64,000 bases of DNA, taken from a virus. Taxonomy: Duplodnaviria; Caudoviricetes. The notes beneath the pieces were generated by a model. The model saw only the letters and a list, made by a program, of their open reading frames with translations. It made no database searches and was not told the DNA's origin. The translations under genes were made by a program, and so were the position numbers. The DNA is taken from the IMG/VR virus record IMGVR_UViG_3300028532_000002, positions 1-64,000 of that record, one strand, 5' to 3'. Shown here piece after piece: positions 18,618 through 27,448 of the stretch (positions are counted from its first letter, which is position 1; each line of letters starts with the position of its first letter).

Positions 18618-18965
18618 GTGATCCCCTACCCCTTCCACCCACCATCCGACGGCCGGATGATCCCCTTCTACGTCACCATCGCGAAGCTGGGTGACAGCAG
18701 CCGAGCTGGGCAGCGCTTCGTCTTCGATGACCGCATCGTGTGGGCCCTCCAGGACCACGCACCCGTCACCGAAACCGCCGTCGCAAGCTTCAACGACTTG
18801 TCCGAGGCCGAGCAGATCGCCATGCTCATCGGCTTCAACATCCACTGGCCGCTCGAAGCGGTCCGCCGCAACCCCGAAGCCGCGCTGGGTCCCCTCTACC
18901 GCGGCTTCGCTACTGCGGACATCATCCCGGCAGCGCTCCAGGAACCCGCCCGACTCAGGGCATAG
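18618..18965 (+). CDS. Hypothetical protein
   Basis: 115-aa ORF convergent on integrase, followed by terminator hairpin. Confidence 0.55.
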   Translation: MIPYPFHPPSDGRMIPFYVTIAKLGDSSRAGQRFVFDDRIVWALQDHAPVTETAVASFNDLSEAEQIAMLIGFNIHWPLEAVRRNPEAALGPLYRGFATADIIPAALQEPARLRA

Positions 18966-18981
18966 CCCCCAGGGCATAGAC

Positions 18982-19007
18982 AAGCCCCGGCCGTTCGGCC
19001 GGGGCTT
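18982..19007. terminator. Probable bidirectional terminator
   Basis: AAGCCCCGGCC-gttc-GGCCGGGGCTT between convergent genes. Confidence 0.8.
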
Positions 19008-19020
19008 TCCCGTGCACCAC

Positions 19021-20547
19021 CTACGCGGCAAGCACGCCCTTCCACGCGACCCTGACATGCTGCTCAGGCAGAAGCTTGCGCCGACCCACATTCCCCACGG
19101 CCAGCATCCGCACCTCCTTCGCAAGCAGCCGCACAGCTGCCCGCCGCTGCGCTTGCGTCCACCCGGACCACACTCGACGGGCCGCCTGCGCAGACCCCGC
19201 AGCCAGCTCCACCAGAAGCGGATCCACCATCACCGGACGCGCCGCCACCCGCGCCGCCTCCAGCTGCATCAGCAACGGCTTCTCCGCGCGCTCCCCCATC
19301 TGCCAGGAAACCCGTCCTGCCTCTACCGCCTCATACAGGCCGGCAAGCTCAGCCTCCAGCTCCTCGACCTGCTTCTCGGCCGCCGTCAGCGCCTCCCGAT
19401 TCTCCCGAGGGACCAGAGCAGCCCGCACATCCGGGTGCTCCAGCCGGTCGAACAGGAACGACTGGAACGCCTCGTCGAGAACCGCCACCCGCCGCGACCC
19501 GTGAACCGGCGCCCCCTTCCCCAGCCCCACACACCGGTACAGACGGACGTTCTCCCGCTTGATCGGCACCGCGTACACCACGGCCCCACACTCATCGCAC
19601 AGCGCGATCCCCGACAGCAGATCCATCGAGGATTGCTCCCGCGGGAGCCGTCCGTTGTTGTTCTCCTTCGGAGTGAGTGCCTCCTGGACCGCCTGCCACC
19701 GCGGCGGCGCCAGCACCGCCTGCCAGCCGCCCTGCTCGATCACCCGCCCGTTGTACCCGCGCTTGCCCTTCAGCGTGGGGGAGGACAGCAGCTGCTTCAC
19801 CGTCTTGTGCGTCCACCCCTTCGACCGCACCTTCCGGCCGTTCTTCAGCTCCCGCGTCTCCCCCAGGAGTTGCCCACGTGGCGTCCGCACCCCACGCCGG
19901 TTCAAGTCCGCAGCGATCGCCGTGGGGGTGTGCTTGTCCTCAAGCAGCCGATCCGCGATCTCCACGACGAGAGCCGCCCGCTGAGGGTGGATCACCTGCC
20001 GCACCAGCTCCCCAGTGTCCGGGTCGTAGTCCCGGGTGTACGCGTAGTGGGCGTACCCGTGCGGGCGCCCTTCCTCCGCGTGCGCATCCACGTCCCGCAG
20101 CACCCGCTTCCGAGTGGTGCCGGACTCCTGAATCACCTTGGCCATCTGCGTGTCGAGGTACCCCATGTCATCGGGGTCGTTGGTGTCCCAGAGTCGTTTG
20201 TCGAGTCCGATGTAGACATTGTTGTCCTGGCAGGCCAGCACCAGGTGCGCCCACACCATCCTGTCGCGGGTGCCTCGGGACAGCTCCCACAGCCACAGGA
20301 TGTCTGCGCCACCTGCGCGAATCAGTGCCTCGACCTTGGGCCAGTCCTCCCGAACTCCGGCCGCCCACTCGCTAGCGGAGATGTCGTTGTCGGAGAACTC
20401 GGCCACCACATCCCAGTCGTGCTCCTCTGCCCGTCTGCGGCCGATCTTCAGCTGCTGACCTACCGACCGGCCCTGATGGGAGTCCTGAGACACGCGCGCG
20501 TAGATGACGACGCGCAGCCGCCGCGGGGGCATCCTCGCACCGGACAT
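19021..20547 (-). CDS. int: Large serine recombinase (integrase)
   Basis: VIYARVSQD catalytic motif, DNDISAS, WELSRGTR, recombinase domain, zinc ribbon (LCDECG...YRC), coiled coil; start uncertain (20532 or 20547). Confidence 0.96.
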   Translation of the reverse strand: MSGARMPPRRLRVVIYARVSQDSHQGRSVGQQLKIGRRRAEEHDWDVVAEFSDNDISASEWAAGVREDWPKVEALIRAGGADILWLWELSRGTRDRMVWAHLVLACQDNNVYIGLDKRLWDTNDPDDMGYLDTQMAKVIQESGTTRKRVLRDVDAHAEEGRPHGYAHYAYTRDYDPDTGELVRQVIHPQRAALVVEIADRLLEDKHTPTAIAADLNRRGVRTPRGQLLGETRELKNGRKVRSKGWTHKTVKQLLSSPTLKGKRGYNGRVIEQGGWQAVLAPPRWQAVQEALTPKENNNGRLPREQSSMDLLSGIALCDECGAVVYAVPIKRENVRLYRCVGLGKGAPVHGSRRVAVLDEAFQSFLFDRLEHPDVRAALVPRENREALTAAEKQVEELEAELAGLYEAVEAGRVSWQMGERAEKPLLMQLEAARVAARPVMVDPLLVELAAGSAQAARRVWSGWTQAQRRAAVRLLAKEVRMLAVGNVGRRKLLPEQHVRVAWKGVLAA

Positions 20548-20906
20548 ACCGGCCGCACCCAGGCGAGCCTCGTGTAGGGCAGTTACGCTGGCCCCGTGCC
20601 CGCCCGTGGCAGCCACCCTGTGCCCGGCAGGGCCGCGCCCGTTCGCCGTCGCACATATCGGGGAAGATCTATGGCCCCTCACCAGCCCAAACGTGCGCTC
20701 TGCGGTGCATGGCGCGTACTGAGTGTGGCGGAAGCTCGTCAAGACTGAGGGCATGGGGCTATAGTAGACCCCGAATCACCACACTAAGAGTTCTTCGCCT
20801 TGCTGAAGAACCCTTAATAGCACCTTAAATATGTGCGCCCCCGGGCGGTGCGGACACACCACCTGAGGGCTGACCCGCCCCTGAGCACACCAGGAGACGA
20901 GCTGTG

Positions 20907-21098
20907 ATGACCGTACCCTCTGGCGTCCCCGTGGACGCCGCCGCCCTCGCGCTTGACGGGATTGTGACCCTCGCGCGAATGCTGACCCTCACCGAGTGGG
21001 CTGTGCTCGTCGCCTGCTTCTCCCTCCTCGCGGCGACGTTCTTCCTCGCGACCTTCACCCGTCCGTTCTTCGTGGATCAGGCCCCCTCCTCCCGATAG
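20907..21098 (+). CDS. Small membrane protein
   Basis: Hydrophobic C-terminal segment; first ORF of plus-strand transfer region. Confidence 0.45.
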   Translation: MTVPSGVPVDAAALALDGIVTLARMLTLTEWAVLVACFSLLAATFFLATFTRPFFVDQAPSSR

Positions 21099-21175
21099 GC
21101 GTGCGGCCCCGCTGGTACCCGCCCCTGCACCCGTCGGGCGCCGGCGGGACTGTACGCCCACAACAAGGAGGACCC

Positions 21176-21307
21176 ATGGCCACCGTGATCATCTACCGCG
21201 TCGACGGCACCGAAGAGACCAAGACGGTTCGGGACGAGGACACCGCCCAGTACGACGACCTGCCGTTCACCGACCCGAACGTGGTCCGCACCGAGATCCG
21301 ATTCTGA
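21176..21307 (+). CDS. Small hypothetical protein (43 aa)
   Basis: Strong RBS AAGGAGG; TGATG overlap with next gene. Confidence 0.6.
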   Translation: MATVIIYRVDGTEETKTVRDEDTAQYDDLPFTDPNVVRTEIRF

Positions 21308-21504
21308 TGCCCGGCCGAGTCGCCGCTGGCGTCGCCATCAGCGCGGGAACGCACGCGCTGATCGACAGGCGTTGGCCGGTGCGCGAGTGGATGGACCGCG
21401 CCGGCGCCAGCCGATTCCGACAGCACGGCGGCGCGGCGCATGTCGACCAGGCCATGCATCACGTCGCCCTGTACGCCGCGGCCCTCGTGATCGCTGGCCG
21501 CTGA
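21307..21504 (+). CDS. DUF3307-like protein, apparently only the C-terminal half
   Basis: SAGTHALIDRRWPVR...DQAMH motif; short for the family. Confidence 0.5.
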   Translation: MPGRVAAGVAISAGTHALIDRRWPVREWMDRAGASRFRQHGGAAHVDQAMHHVALYAAALVIAGR

Positions 21505-21556
21505 ACATCTGCCCGCCCCCTCGCCGGGGGCGGGCCCCACTCTCCTGGAGGATCCG

Positions 21557-21802
21557 GTGTCCGACACCGCGACTGCCCGCAGTGTCGGGCCCCACACCCA
21601 GCTCGGTCCCGCCTGGACCCGGCTGCCGACCAACCCCGAGCGCTCCCGCGAGGCCGCCGACCGCGCCCTGGCCGAGTGCCAGGTCGACCCGACCACGGGC
21701 CTGTGGCCGTCGGGTCGGGGCCCCTCCCCGTCGTGGCAGCGGCTGATCAAGGAAGCCGCTGCGGCGGCTACGGCGGCCGACGAGGAGGAGATCGCAGCAT
21801 GA
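21557..21802 (+). CDS. Hypothetical protein
   Basis: GTG with GGAGG RBS after GC hairpin. Confidence 0.55.
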   Translation: MSDTATARSVGPHTQLGPAWTRLPTNPERSREAADRALAECQVDPTTGLWPSGRGPSPSWQRLIKEAAAAATAADEEEIAA

Positions 21803-22245
21803 TCGAGTCCGCCAACATCGCCGCCAGCGTGGTGTTCCTGATCGTCGCGTTGGTCCTGTGGTTCGCGAAGACCTGGCCCAAGTTGCAGCTCATCCTGTTC
21901 ATCCTCGCGGGTGCGGGCATGTCCGCCGGGGTCATCGGCGGCGGGATCCAGGACGGTGTCGTCGGTCTGATCGACGGCGTGAACCGGGGCATGGTCTGGG
22001 CGTTCGGGTCGCCCGTTCCCGGGCTGCTCGCCGTCCTCGCCGTCGTCATCATCGTCCTGACCTGGATGGGCAAGGTGGGGTGGATGAAGAAGGCCGCCCG
22101 CTATGTGCCGGGCCTCACCGCGCTGGCCGCGCCGATCATCTGGCACCTGACGGGCGGGATTTTCGCCCCCCTCGCTCTGATCGTCGGCAGCTTCGGTTCC
22201 ATCATCGGCGCGATCATCTTCGGAACCATGGGCCTGACCTTCTAA
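21799..22245 (+). CDS. Multi-pass membrane protein, transfer accessory (Spd-like)
   Basis: About four hydrophobic helices; upstream of traB. Confidence 0.7.
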   Translation: MIESANIAASVVFLIVALVLWFAKTWPKLQLILFILAGAGMSAGVIGGGIQDGVVGLIDGVNRGMVWAFGSPVPGLLAVLAVVIIVLTWMGKVGWMKKAARYVPGLTALAAPIIWHLTGGIFAPLALIVGSFGSIIGAIIFGTMGLTF

Positions 22246-22262
22246 CCCCTCTCGGAGGAACC

Positions 22263-22550
22263 ATGCGTAGTACCCGTAACTCCCTGTTCGCCGTCGCCAT
22301 CGGCGGAAGCATCGGCTTCCTGGCCGTCCGCCCCGACCTTGGCGCCGTTGGTGAAGTCCTGGACGCGCAGGCCGAGATCCTCGGACTCGAGATCGCCATG
22401 GTCGCCCCGGTCCTGTTTCTCCTCGCCGTGCTGACCGTCTTCCTCTTCGTCCTGGTCGAGATCGTGACCGGGGTCGTGGACCTCGTTACCTGGCTGATCC
22501 GGCGCCACCGCAACCGCAACGCCCCCGCGGAGGTGCACGGTGACCGCTGA
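22263..22550 (+). CDS. Membrane protein, transfer accessory
   Basis: Two hydrophobic segments; overlaps traB start. Confidence 0.6.
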   Translation: MRSTRNSLFAVAIGGSIGFLAVRPDLGAVGEVLDAQAEILGLEIAMVAPVLFLLAVLTVFLFVLVEIVTGVVDLVTWLIRRHRNRNAPAEVHGDR

Positions 22551-24624
22551 GCCGACCGACGCTCAGGTCATCCCGCTGCGCCCCCGGCGTGACGCCGAGG
22601 ACCGGCCGATCCGTCCCGAGTGGACGGGCCGCGCCGGCCGTCGGCGTGCCGACCGGCCGACCGTCGGGGCGTCGGGTGGACCCGCCGCCCGACCCGACAC
22701 CCCGACCGACCACCCGACGCCCGACCCCGACCTGGAGAAGACGCAGGTCATCAGGCGTCGGCGTCTACCGACCCTGCCGTCGGGGATCGGCGCGGCCACG
22801 CTCGCCGTGCCCGCCCGGTGCGCGTGCTGCGTGGGGCGCGGCATCAAGGCCGGCGGGGACCGGTTCGGCGAGTGGGCGTCCGAGAAGGGCCACAAGGCCG
22901 AGCGGGCGAAGAAGACCCTCTGGTGGGTCGTCGGCGGGGTGGCCGTCCTGTACGTGACCGCTCCCTATGGCCTGCTGTGCCTGCTCACCGTCGGCGCCAT
23001 CGCCGCGGTGGTCGCGGGCCGGAGGGTCCCTCCGGCGGTGTCGGGTGGGGCCGACGCTCCGGGCAGGACGTTCACCGGCCCGACCGCTCCCCGAGCCGAC
23101 ACGTCGGGCAACGAACCGACCATCCCGGCCGACCACCCGACGCCTCCCCCGCTGCCCGACTACACGGTGGCCGACCACCCGACCGACAGCACCGACGGCG
23201 CGAGCCGCTACTCCGGGCCCGCCATGACGGCCCGCATCACCCCGGCGACCCTGACCGCCGAAGCGCTCCCCACCCTGCTCGCCCAGGCCGGGATCATCCG
23301 ACCGGCCGACCGACGGCTGGTCGTCGTCGAGGGAGAACCGACCCGACACCCGACCGGGGCGGTGTCGGCGTCCATGCTGCTGCCGCCCGGCGCCGACGCG
23401 GAGGAGGTCATCGCGCAGGCGCGGGTGGTCGCGTCCGCGCTGGGTGTCGGCAAGATGCTCGTCGGGCTGTCGGCCGACCCCGAGCACGCGGGTCGGCTGG
23501 AGCTGTATGTGGCCGACGCCGACCCGTTCACGGAGTCGGTTCCGTCGCCGTTGGTCGGTCGGGAGGAGGAGCTGTCGGTGTGGGAACGGCTGCCGGTCGG
23601 GTGGGACGTGCGTATGGACTCGGTTGCGCTGCGTCTGGTTGACGCGTCCATGCTCATCGCCGGAGAGCCCCGCGCCGGGAAGAGCGTGGCGCTGTCGGAG
23701 ATCATCGCCGCGTTCGCCTTGGACCCCTCTGCGGACCTGTTCCTGTTCGATGGCAAGGGCGCTGGCGACCAGGCGGTGTGGAGGCCCGTCGCGCGGGTGT
23801 TCTGCAAGCGCAACGCCGAGATGCTGCGGGTCCACCTGGAGTGGGCGGTGGAGGAGATGGAGCGGCGGTTCGACGCCCTGGAGGAGGACGGGCGCGACAC
23901 CAAGCTCACGCCGGAGATCGCCGAGGACCTGGGATTCAACGTGAGCTTGCTGGCCGTGGACGAGACCCGCTACTACATGTCGGATCCCACGCACGGCAAG
24001 GCGATCGCCCGCCTGGCGGTGGACCTCGCGGCTCGCGGCCCGGCGGCCGGGATGATCTCGGCGTGGGCCACCCAGTACATGGACAAGACCGCCATCCCCC
24101 CACAGCTCAAGGGTGTGTGCTCGCTGCGGTGGGCGTTCCGCACCCCGGACGCGGTCGCGAGCAACCTCGTGTTGGGTCCAGGGGCGGTCGGCCGTGGCTA
24201 CAACTCCTCCAGGATTCCCCGGGTGACGCACCGCGGCGTCAGCATTCTGGACGCGGACGGCGACGAGCCTCAGATGATGCGCACCCACTACCTGACCCCG
24301 GCCGAGCTGCGCGAGATCGCGGACACCGCGACCGCGCTGCGCGGCGGCCCGGTGGAGGCCAGCGAGCCCGCGGCGGCGGATGCCGACGGGGCGCAGGTGC
24401 TGGAGCGGGCGCTGGCGGCGCTCGCCGACAACGAGGACCGAGTCGAGCGCGACGACCTCGCCGAGCGGCTCGACGTGGACCCGGACGACCTCAGGGCCCG
24501 GCTCAGAACGGCCGGCGCGGGCGCCCCGCAGAGCATGCGGATCAACGGCGTTCCGAACGCGCGCGGCTGGTATCGGCGGGTCCTGGAGGAGGCGTTGGAC
24601 GCTGTCACGGACGCGCCGCCGTGA
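22540..24624 (+). CDS. traB: FtsK/SpoIIIE-family conjugative DNA translocase (TraB/TraSA-like)
   Basis: N-terminal TM segments, Walker A AGEPRAGKS, Walker B LLAVDE, LAARGPAAG...WATQ motif typical of actinomycete TraB, C-terminal wHTH-sized domain. Confidence 0.92.
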   Translation: MTAEPTDAQVIPLRPRRDAEDRPIRPEWTGRAGRRRADRPTVGASGGPAARPDTPTDHPTPDPDLEKTQVIRRRRLPTLPSGIGAATLAVPARCACCVGRGIKAGGDRFGEWASEKGHKAERAKKTLWWVVGGVAVLYVTAPYGLLCLLTVGAIAAVVAGRRVPPAVSGGADAPGRTFTGPTAPRADTSGNEPTIPADHPTPPPLPDYTVADHPTDSTDGASRYSGPAMTARITPATLTAEALPTLLAQAGIIRPADRRLVVVEGEPTRHPTGAVSASMLLPPGADAEEVIAQARVVASALGVGKMLVGLSADPEHAGRLELYVADADPFTESVPSPLVGREEELSVWERLPVGWDVRMDSVALRLVDASMLIAGEPRAGKSVALSEIIAAFALDPSADLFLFDGKGAGDQAVWRPVARVFCKRNAEMLRVHLEWAVEEMERRFDALEEDGRDTKLTPEIAEDLGFNVSLLAVDETRYYMSDPTHGKAIARLAVDLAARGPAAGMISAWATQYMDKTAIPPQLKGVCSLRWAFRTPDAVASNLVLGPGAVGRGYNSSRIPRVTHRGVSILDADGDEPQMMRTHYLTPAELREIADTATALRGGPVEASEPAAADADGAQVLERALAALADNEDRVERDDLAERLDVDPDDLRARLRTAGAGAPQSMRINGVPNARGWYRRVLEEALDAVTDAPP

Positions 24625-24711
24625 CGTCACGCCCCGCGCGCGTGACAGGCGCGTGACACCAGGGCGTGACACCGATTCACCTGCATAAACACCCGTGTGG
24701 CGGGCGTGACA
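24603..24711 (+). repeat. clt-like locus: GCGTGACA 8-mer direct repeats
   Basis: Exact copies at 24640, 24651, 24664, 24704; variants at 24619 and inverted at 24603; at and just downstream of traB stop. Confidence 0.7.
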
Positions 24712-24853
24712 CTCACCCCGACCACACCCCAGAAAACGGCCCCCAGGAGGGGGTCCGGCGCCACCGCCACACCGCCACACCACACAGAAGCGGCCTGCCC
24801 CCTACCGGCCAAGGACCAGGGGCGGGCCTAGACCCCGAGAAGGAGCCTGAACC

Positions 24854-26452
24854 ATGTTCGCAGACGCCATCACCGACCCGGCCGTCCAGGAGGCCGCGTC
24901 CGCCCCGTGGTGGGTGTGGGCGCTGACCGCCGTGGCCGTCCTGGGTGTGACGGTGTGGGTGGTGCTCCGCCTGCACCAGACCGTCCGGGACGGGTGGAGC
25001 ATCCGGGACGTTCTGCCCCGGGTGGTCGCCTCGGTGCGGTCCGCACGCCCCCGGCCGGCCGCCGCTGTGACGGTGCCCCGGCCGCGGCCCGCCGCCGCGC
25101 CCTCCGTGCCGCCGGTGCCGCCCGCGCCGGACCCCGTCGCCCCGGTTGAACCCCCCCAGGCGGCCCCGGTCGAGGCTGCGGGACCGCCCACGGCGTCCCG
25201 CCTCAAGGGCCTCATCGTCGCCGCCAGCATCCCGTCCACGTTCTCTCTGGTGTGGACCGTGTGGACGTTCATCGACATGCTGACCGCGCCGCTGCCCGCC
25301 GCGCTGGCGGCCGGTCTGGTCCTGGACGTGGCGCTCGTCGCCGCGGTCGCGATCGGATTCCTCGTCCCGGACAGGGCGACCCCCGCGAAGATCGCCGGGT
25401 GGATCATTGCGGCCCTGGCGGCGGTGATCGTGGGCTGGCACAGCATGACGCTGATGACGGTGCTCGTGCTGCTCGGCGCGATTCCGCTGGCGTCCAAGGC
25501 GCTGTGGCACCTGGCGCTCGACGCCTACCTGACGCAGCGGCGCCAGCTGGCGGCCTGGCATGCCCGACAGGAGGACGAGGCGCGGGCGGCGCGGGAGCGG
25601 GAGGCGGAGGAGGCCCGGCAGCGGAAGGAGGCCGAGCTCGCCGCGGAGGAGGAGCGCAAGCGCCGCGAGGAGGAGCTGTCCTCCGACCTGGACCACAAGC
25701 AGCAGGTGCTGATCGCCAAGAAGCAGAAGGAGGCCGAGTTCGCCCGGCGGATGGCCGCTGCGGAGCTGGAGCTGGAGATGGCCAAGTCCGAGGCCGAGCA
25801 CAAGGCGGCCCTGGCCAAGATCCGGCGTCTGGGTGAGCAGCAGCGGGCGATGGACAAGGAGTCCGCGGAGGTCGAGAAGGGACGCCAGCAGCTGATCCGG
25901 GAGATCAAGGCGGGCGAGGGTATCGACTTCGCTGTCGAGGCCGCGCGCCCGGCGCGGCGTGCACTTGGCCGACCCGACGACCCGACCGACGGTCCCGACG
26001 GGCCCGGCGGCGGGAAGCCGGTGGAGGACGTGTGGTTCCCGGAGCCGACCGACGTGCAGTGGGAGCGGCACGGGCAGCCGACGGCCCGGCCGACTGCCGA
26101 CCCGATCCCGGTGGGACAGTCGGTCGACGCCCGACCGACCGCCGACCTGCCGCCGTTCCTGTGGCCCGACGCCGCCCCGACGCCCGACCCGACCCCGGCG
26201 CCGGGTCCGTCGGTGGACGTGCCGCGCGACGACGACGCTCTCCTGGAACGCGTGCACGCCTTGGTGATGTCCGGGGAGTTGCCGCTGGTGCTGACCCGTG
26301 AGCAGCGGGCCGCCGGGCAGGTCGTCCCGGACCGACCGGCCGCCGAATCGCTGCGCAACGCGGTCGGGTGCGGGCAGGTCCGATCGCGGAGGCTGCGTGA
26401 CGCCTACCCCGACTACGCCACCGGCCGAGAGAACACGTGGGGTGCGGCGTAG
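24854..26452 (+). CDS. SpdB-like spread protein (TM bundle + long coiled coil + Pro-rich tail)
   Basis: About 4-5 TM helices, Glu/Arg/Lys coiled coil, position after traB/clt. Confidence 0.72.
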   Translation: MFADAITDPAVQEAASAPWWVWALTAVAVLGVTVWVVLRLHQTVRDGWSIRDVLPRVVASVRSARPRPAAAVTVPRPRPAAAPSVPPVPPAPDPVAPVEPPQAAPVEAAGPPTASRLKGLIVAASIPSTFSLVWTVWTFIDMLTAPLPAALAAGLVLDVALVAAVAIGFLVPDRATPAKIAGWIIAALAAVIVGWHSMTLMTVLVLLGAIPLASKALWHLALDAYLTQRRQLAAWHARQEDEARAAREREAEEARQRKEAELAAEEERKRREEELSSDLDHKQQVLIAKKQKEAEFARRMAAAELELEMAKSEAEHKAALAKIRRLGEQQRAMDKESAEVEKGRQQLIREIKAGEGIDFAVEAARPARRALGRPDDPTDGPDGPGGGKPVEDVWFPEPTDVQWERHGQPTARPTADPIPVGQSVDARPTADLPPFLWPDAAPTPDPTPAPGPSVDVPRDDDALLERVHALVMSGELPLVLTREQRAAGQVVPDRPAAESLRNAVGCGQVRSRRLRDAYPDYATGRENTWGAA

Positions 26453-26577
26453 CCCGCACCCGACCCGGGGGCGTCGGACTGTCCGACGCCCCCGCTGTGA
26501 TGGACCCGACCGACCGACAGGAGACCCGACGCCATGACCGACACCCGACCCCCGACCCCCCGACCGGGGTGGTCGCC

Positions 26578-27396
26578 ATGATGGGACGCTCCCACGCGGC
26601 GACCGGTGTACTCGCCGGAGTCGCCGTCGCGGCGGCGTTCGGCGCCCACGGTTCCGACTACTTCATCCTCGCGGCCGTCGGCGCGGGGGCCGCTCTCCTG
26701 CCCGACCTCGACGAGCCCGGCTCCACGGTCGGTCGGTCCCTCGGGGGGCTGACGCAGGGCGTGTCCCGGTGGACCCGACGCCTGTCCTCCGCCGCGTTCC
26801 GGGCGACCGCGACCCGGTGGGACACCGGCCGCATCCGCCGCGAGGAGGACGGCGAGGGGCTGGCCCCCGGCGGGCACCGCCACCTCACCCACACCCTGCC
26901 CGCCGTCGCCGTCTACGGACTGCTCGCGTGGGGGACGGCGTCGCTCGGGCCGATCGGGCTGGGGGTGACCGTCGCCGCCATGGCCGCGCTCGGCCTCGGC
27001 CTGGTCCTGCGGGAGATCGGGGTGCACTCCACCCCGCGGCGGCGCGACGACGAGTCGACCATGGCGTGGCGGGCCCGTGCGCGGATGGCCGGCCTCCAGA
27101 CCGTGGGTGTGCTTGCCGTCGGCCTGGGGATGGGCGCGGTCGTGTTGGACGGGGGCGCCCCGTGGCTGGTCGGGGTGACCGTCGCGGTGGGGGCGCTGGT
27201 GCACATCGGCGGGGACTGGCTGACCCGGGCCGGCGTCCCGCTTGCGTGGCCGGTCCCGTACCGGGGGAAGAGGTGGCGGATGTTCCGGTCGCCGGTCGCG
27301 TTCCACACCGGGAAGTCGAAAGTGGAGGACGGCATCCGGTGGGCGAGCCTCGCGGGCGCCCCCATGCTCGCGCTCCTTGCCGAGGCACCTCTGTGA
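26578..27396 (+). CDS. YdjM-like membrane-bound metal-dependent hydrolase
   Basis: MMGRSHAATG, ALLPDLD, HRHLTH, HIGGDWLT..GVPLAWP motifs. Confidence 0.88.
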   Translation: MMGRSHAATGVLAGVAVAAAFGAHGSDYFILAAVGAGAALLPDLDEPGSTVGRSLGGLTQGVSRWTRRLSSAAFRATATRWDTGRIRREEDGEGLAPGGHRHLTHTLPAVAVYGLLAWGTASLGPIGLGVTVAAMAALGLGLVLREIGVHSTPRRRDDESTMAWRARARMAGLQTVGVLAVGLGMGAVVLDGGAPWLVGVTVAVGALVHIGGDWLTRAGVPLAWPVPYRGKRWRMFRSPVAFHTGKSKVEDGIRWASLAGAPMLALLAEAPL

Positions 27397-27448
27397 ACCG
27401 CCCTCGCCTGGATGCCCGACCGGCCATGATGATGAGCAGGAGGACACG

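Noticed and set aside
22540-24624. Type VII secretion EccC or chromosomal FtsK
   Set aside because: Single ATPase domain, TraB-type motif, and neighbours are Spd/YdjM-like with clt-like repeats; no WXG100 genes
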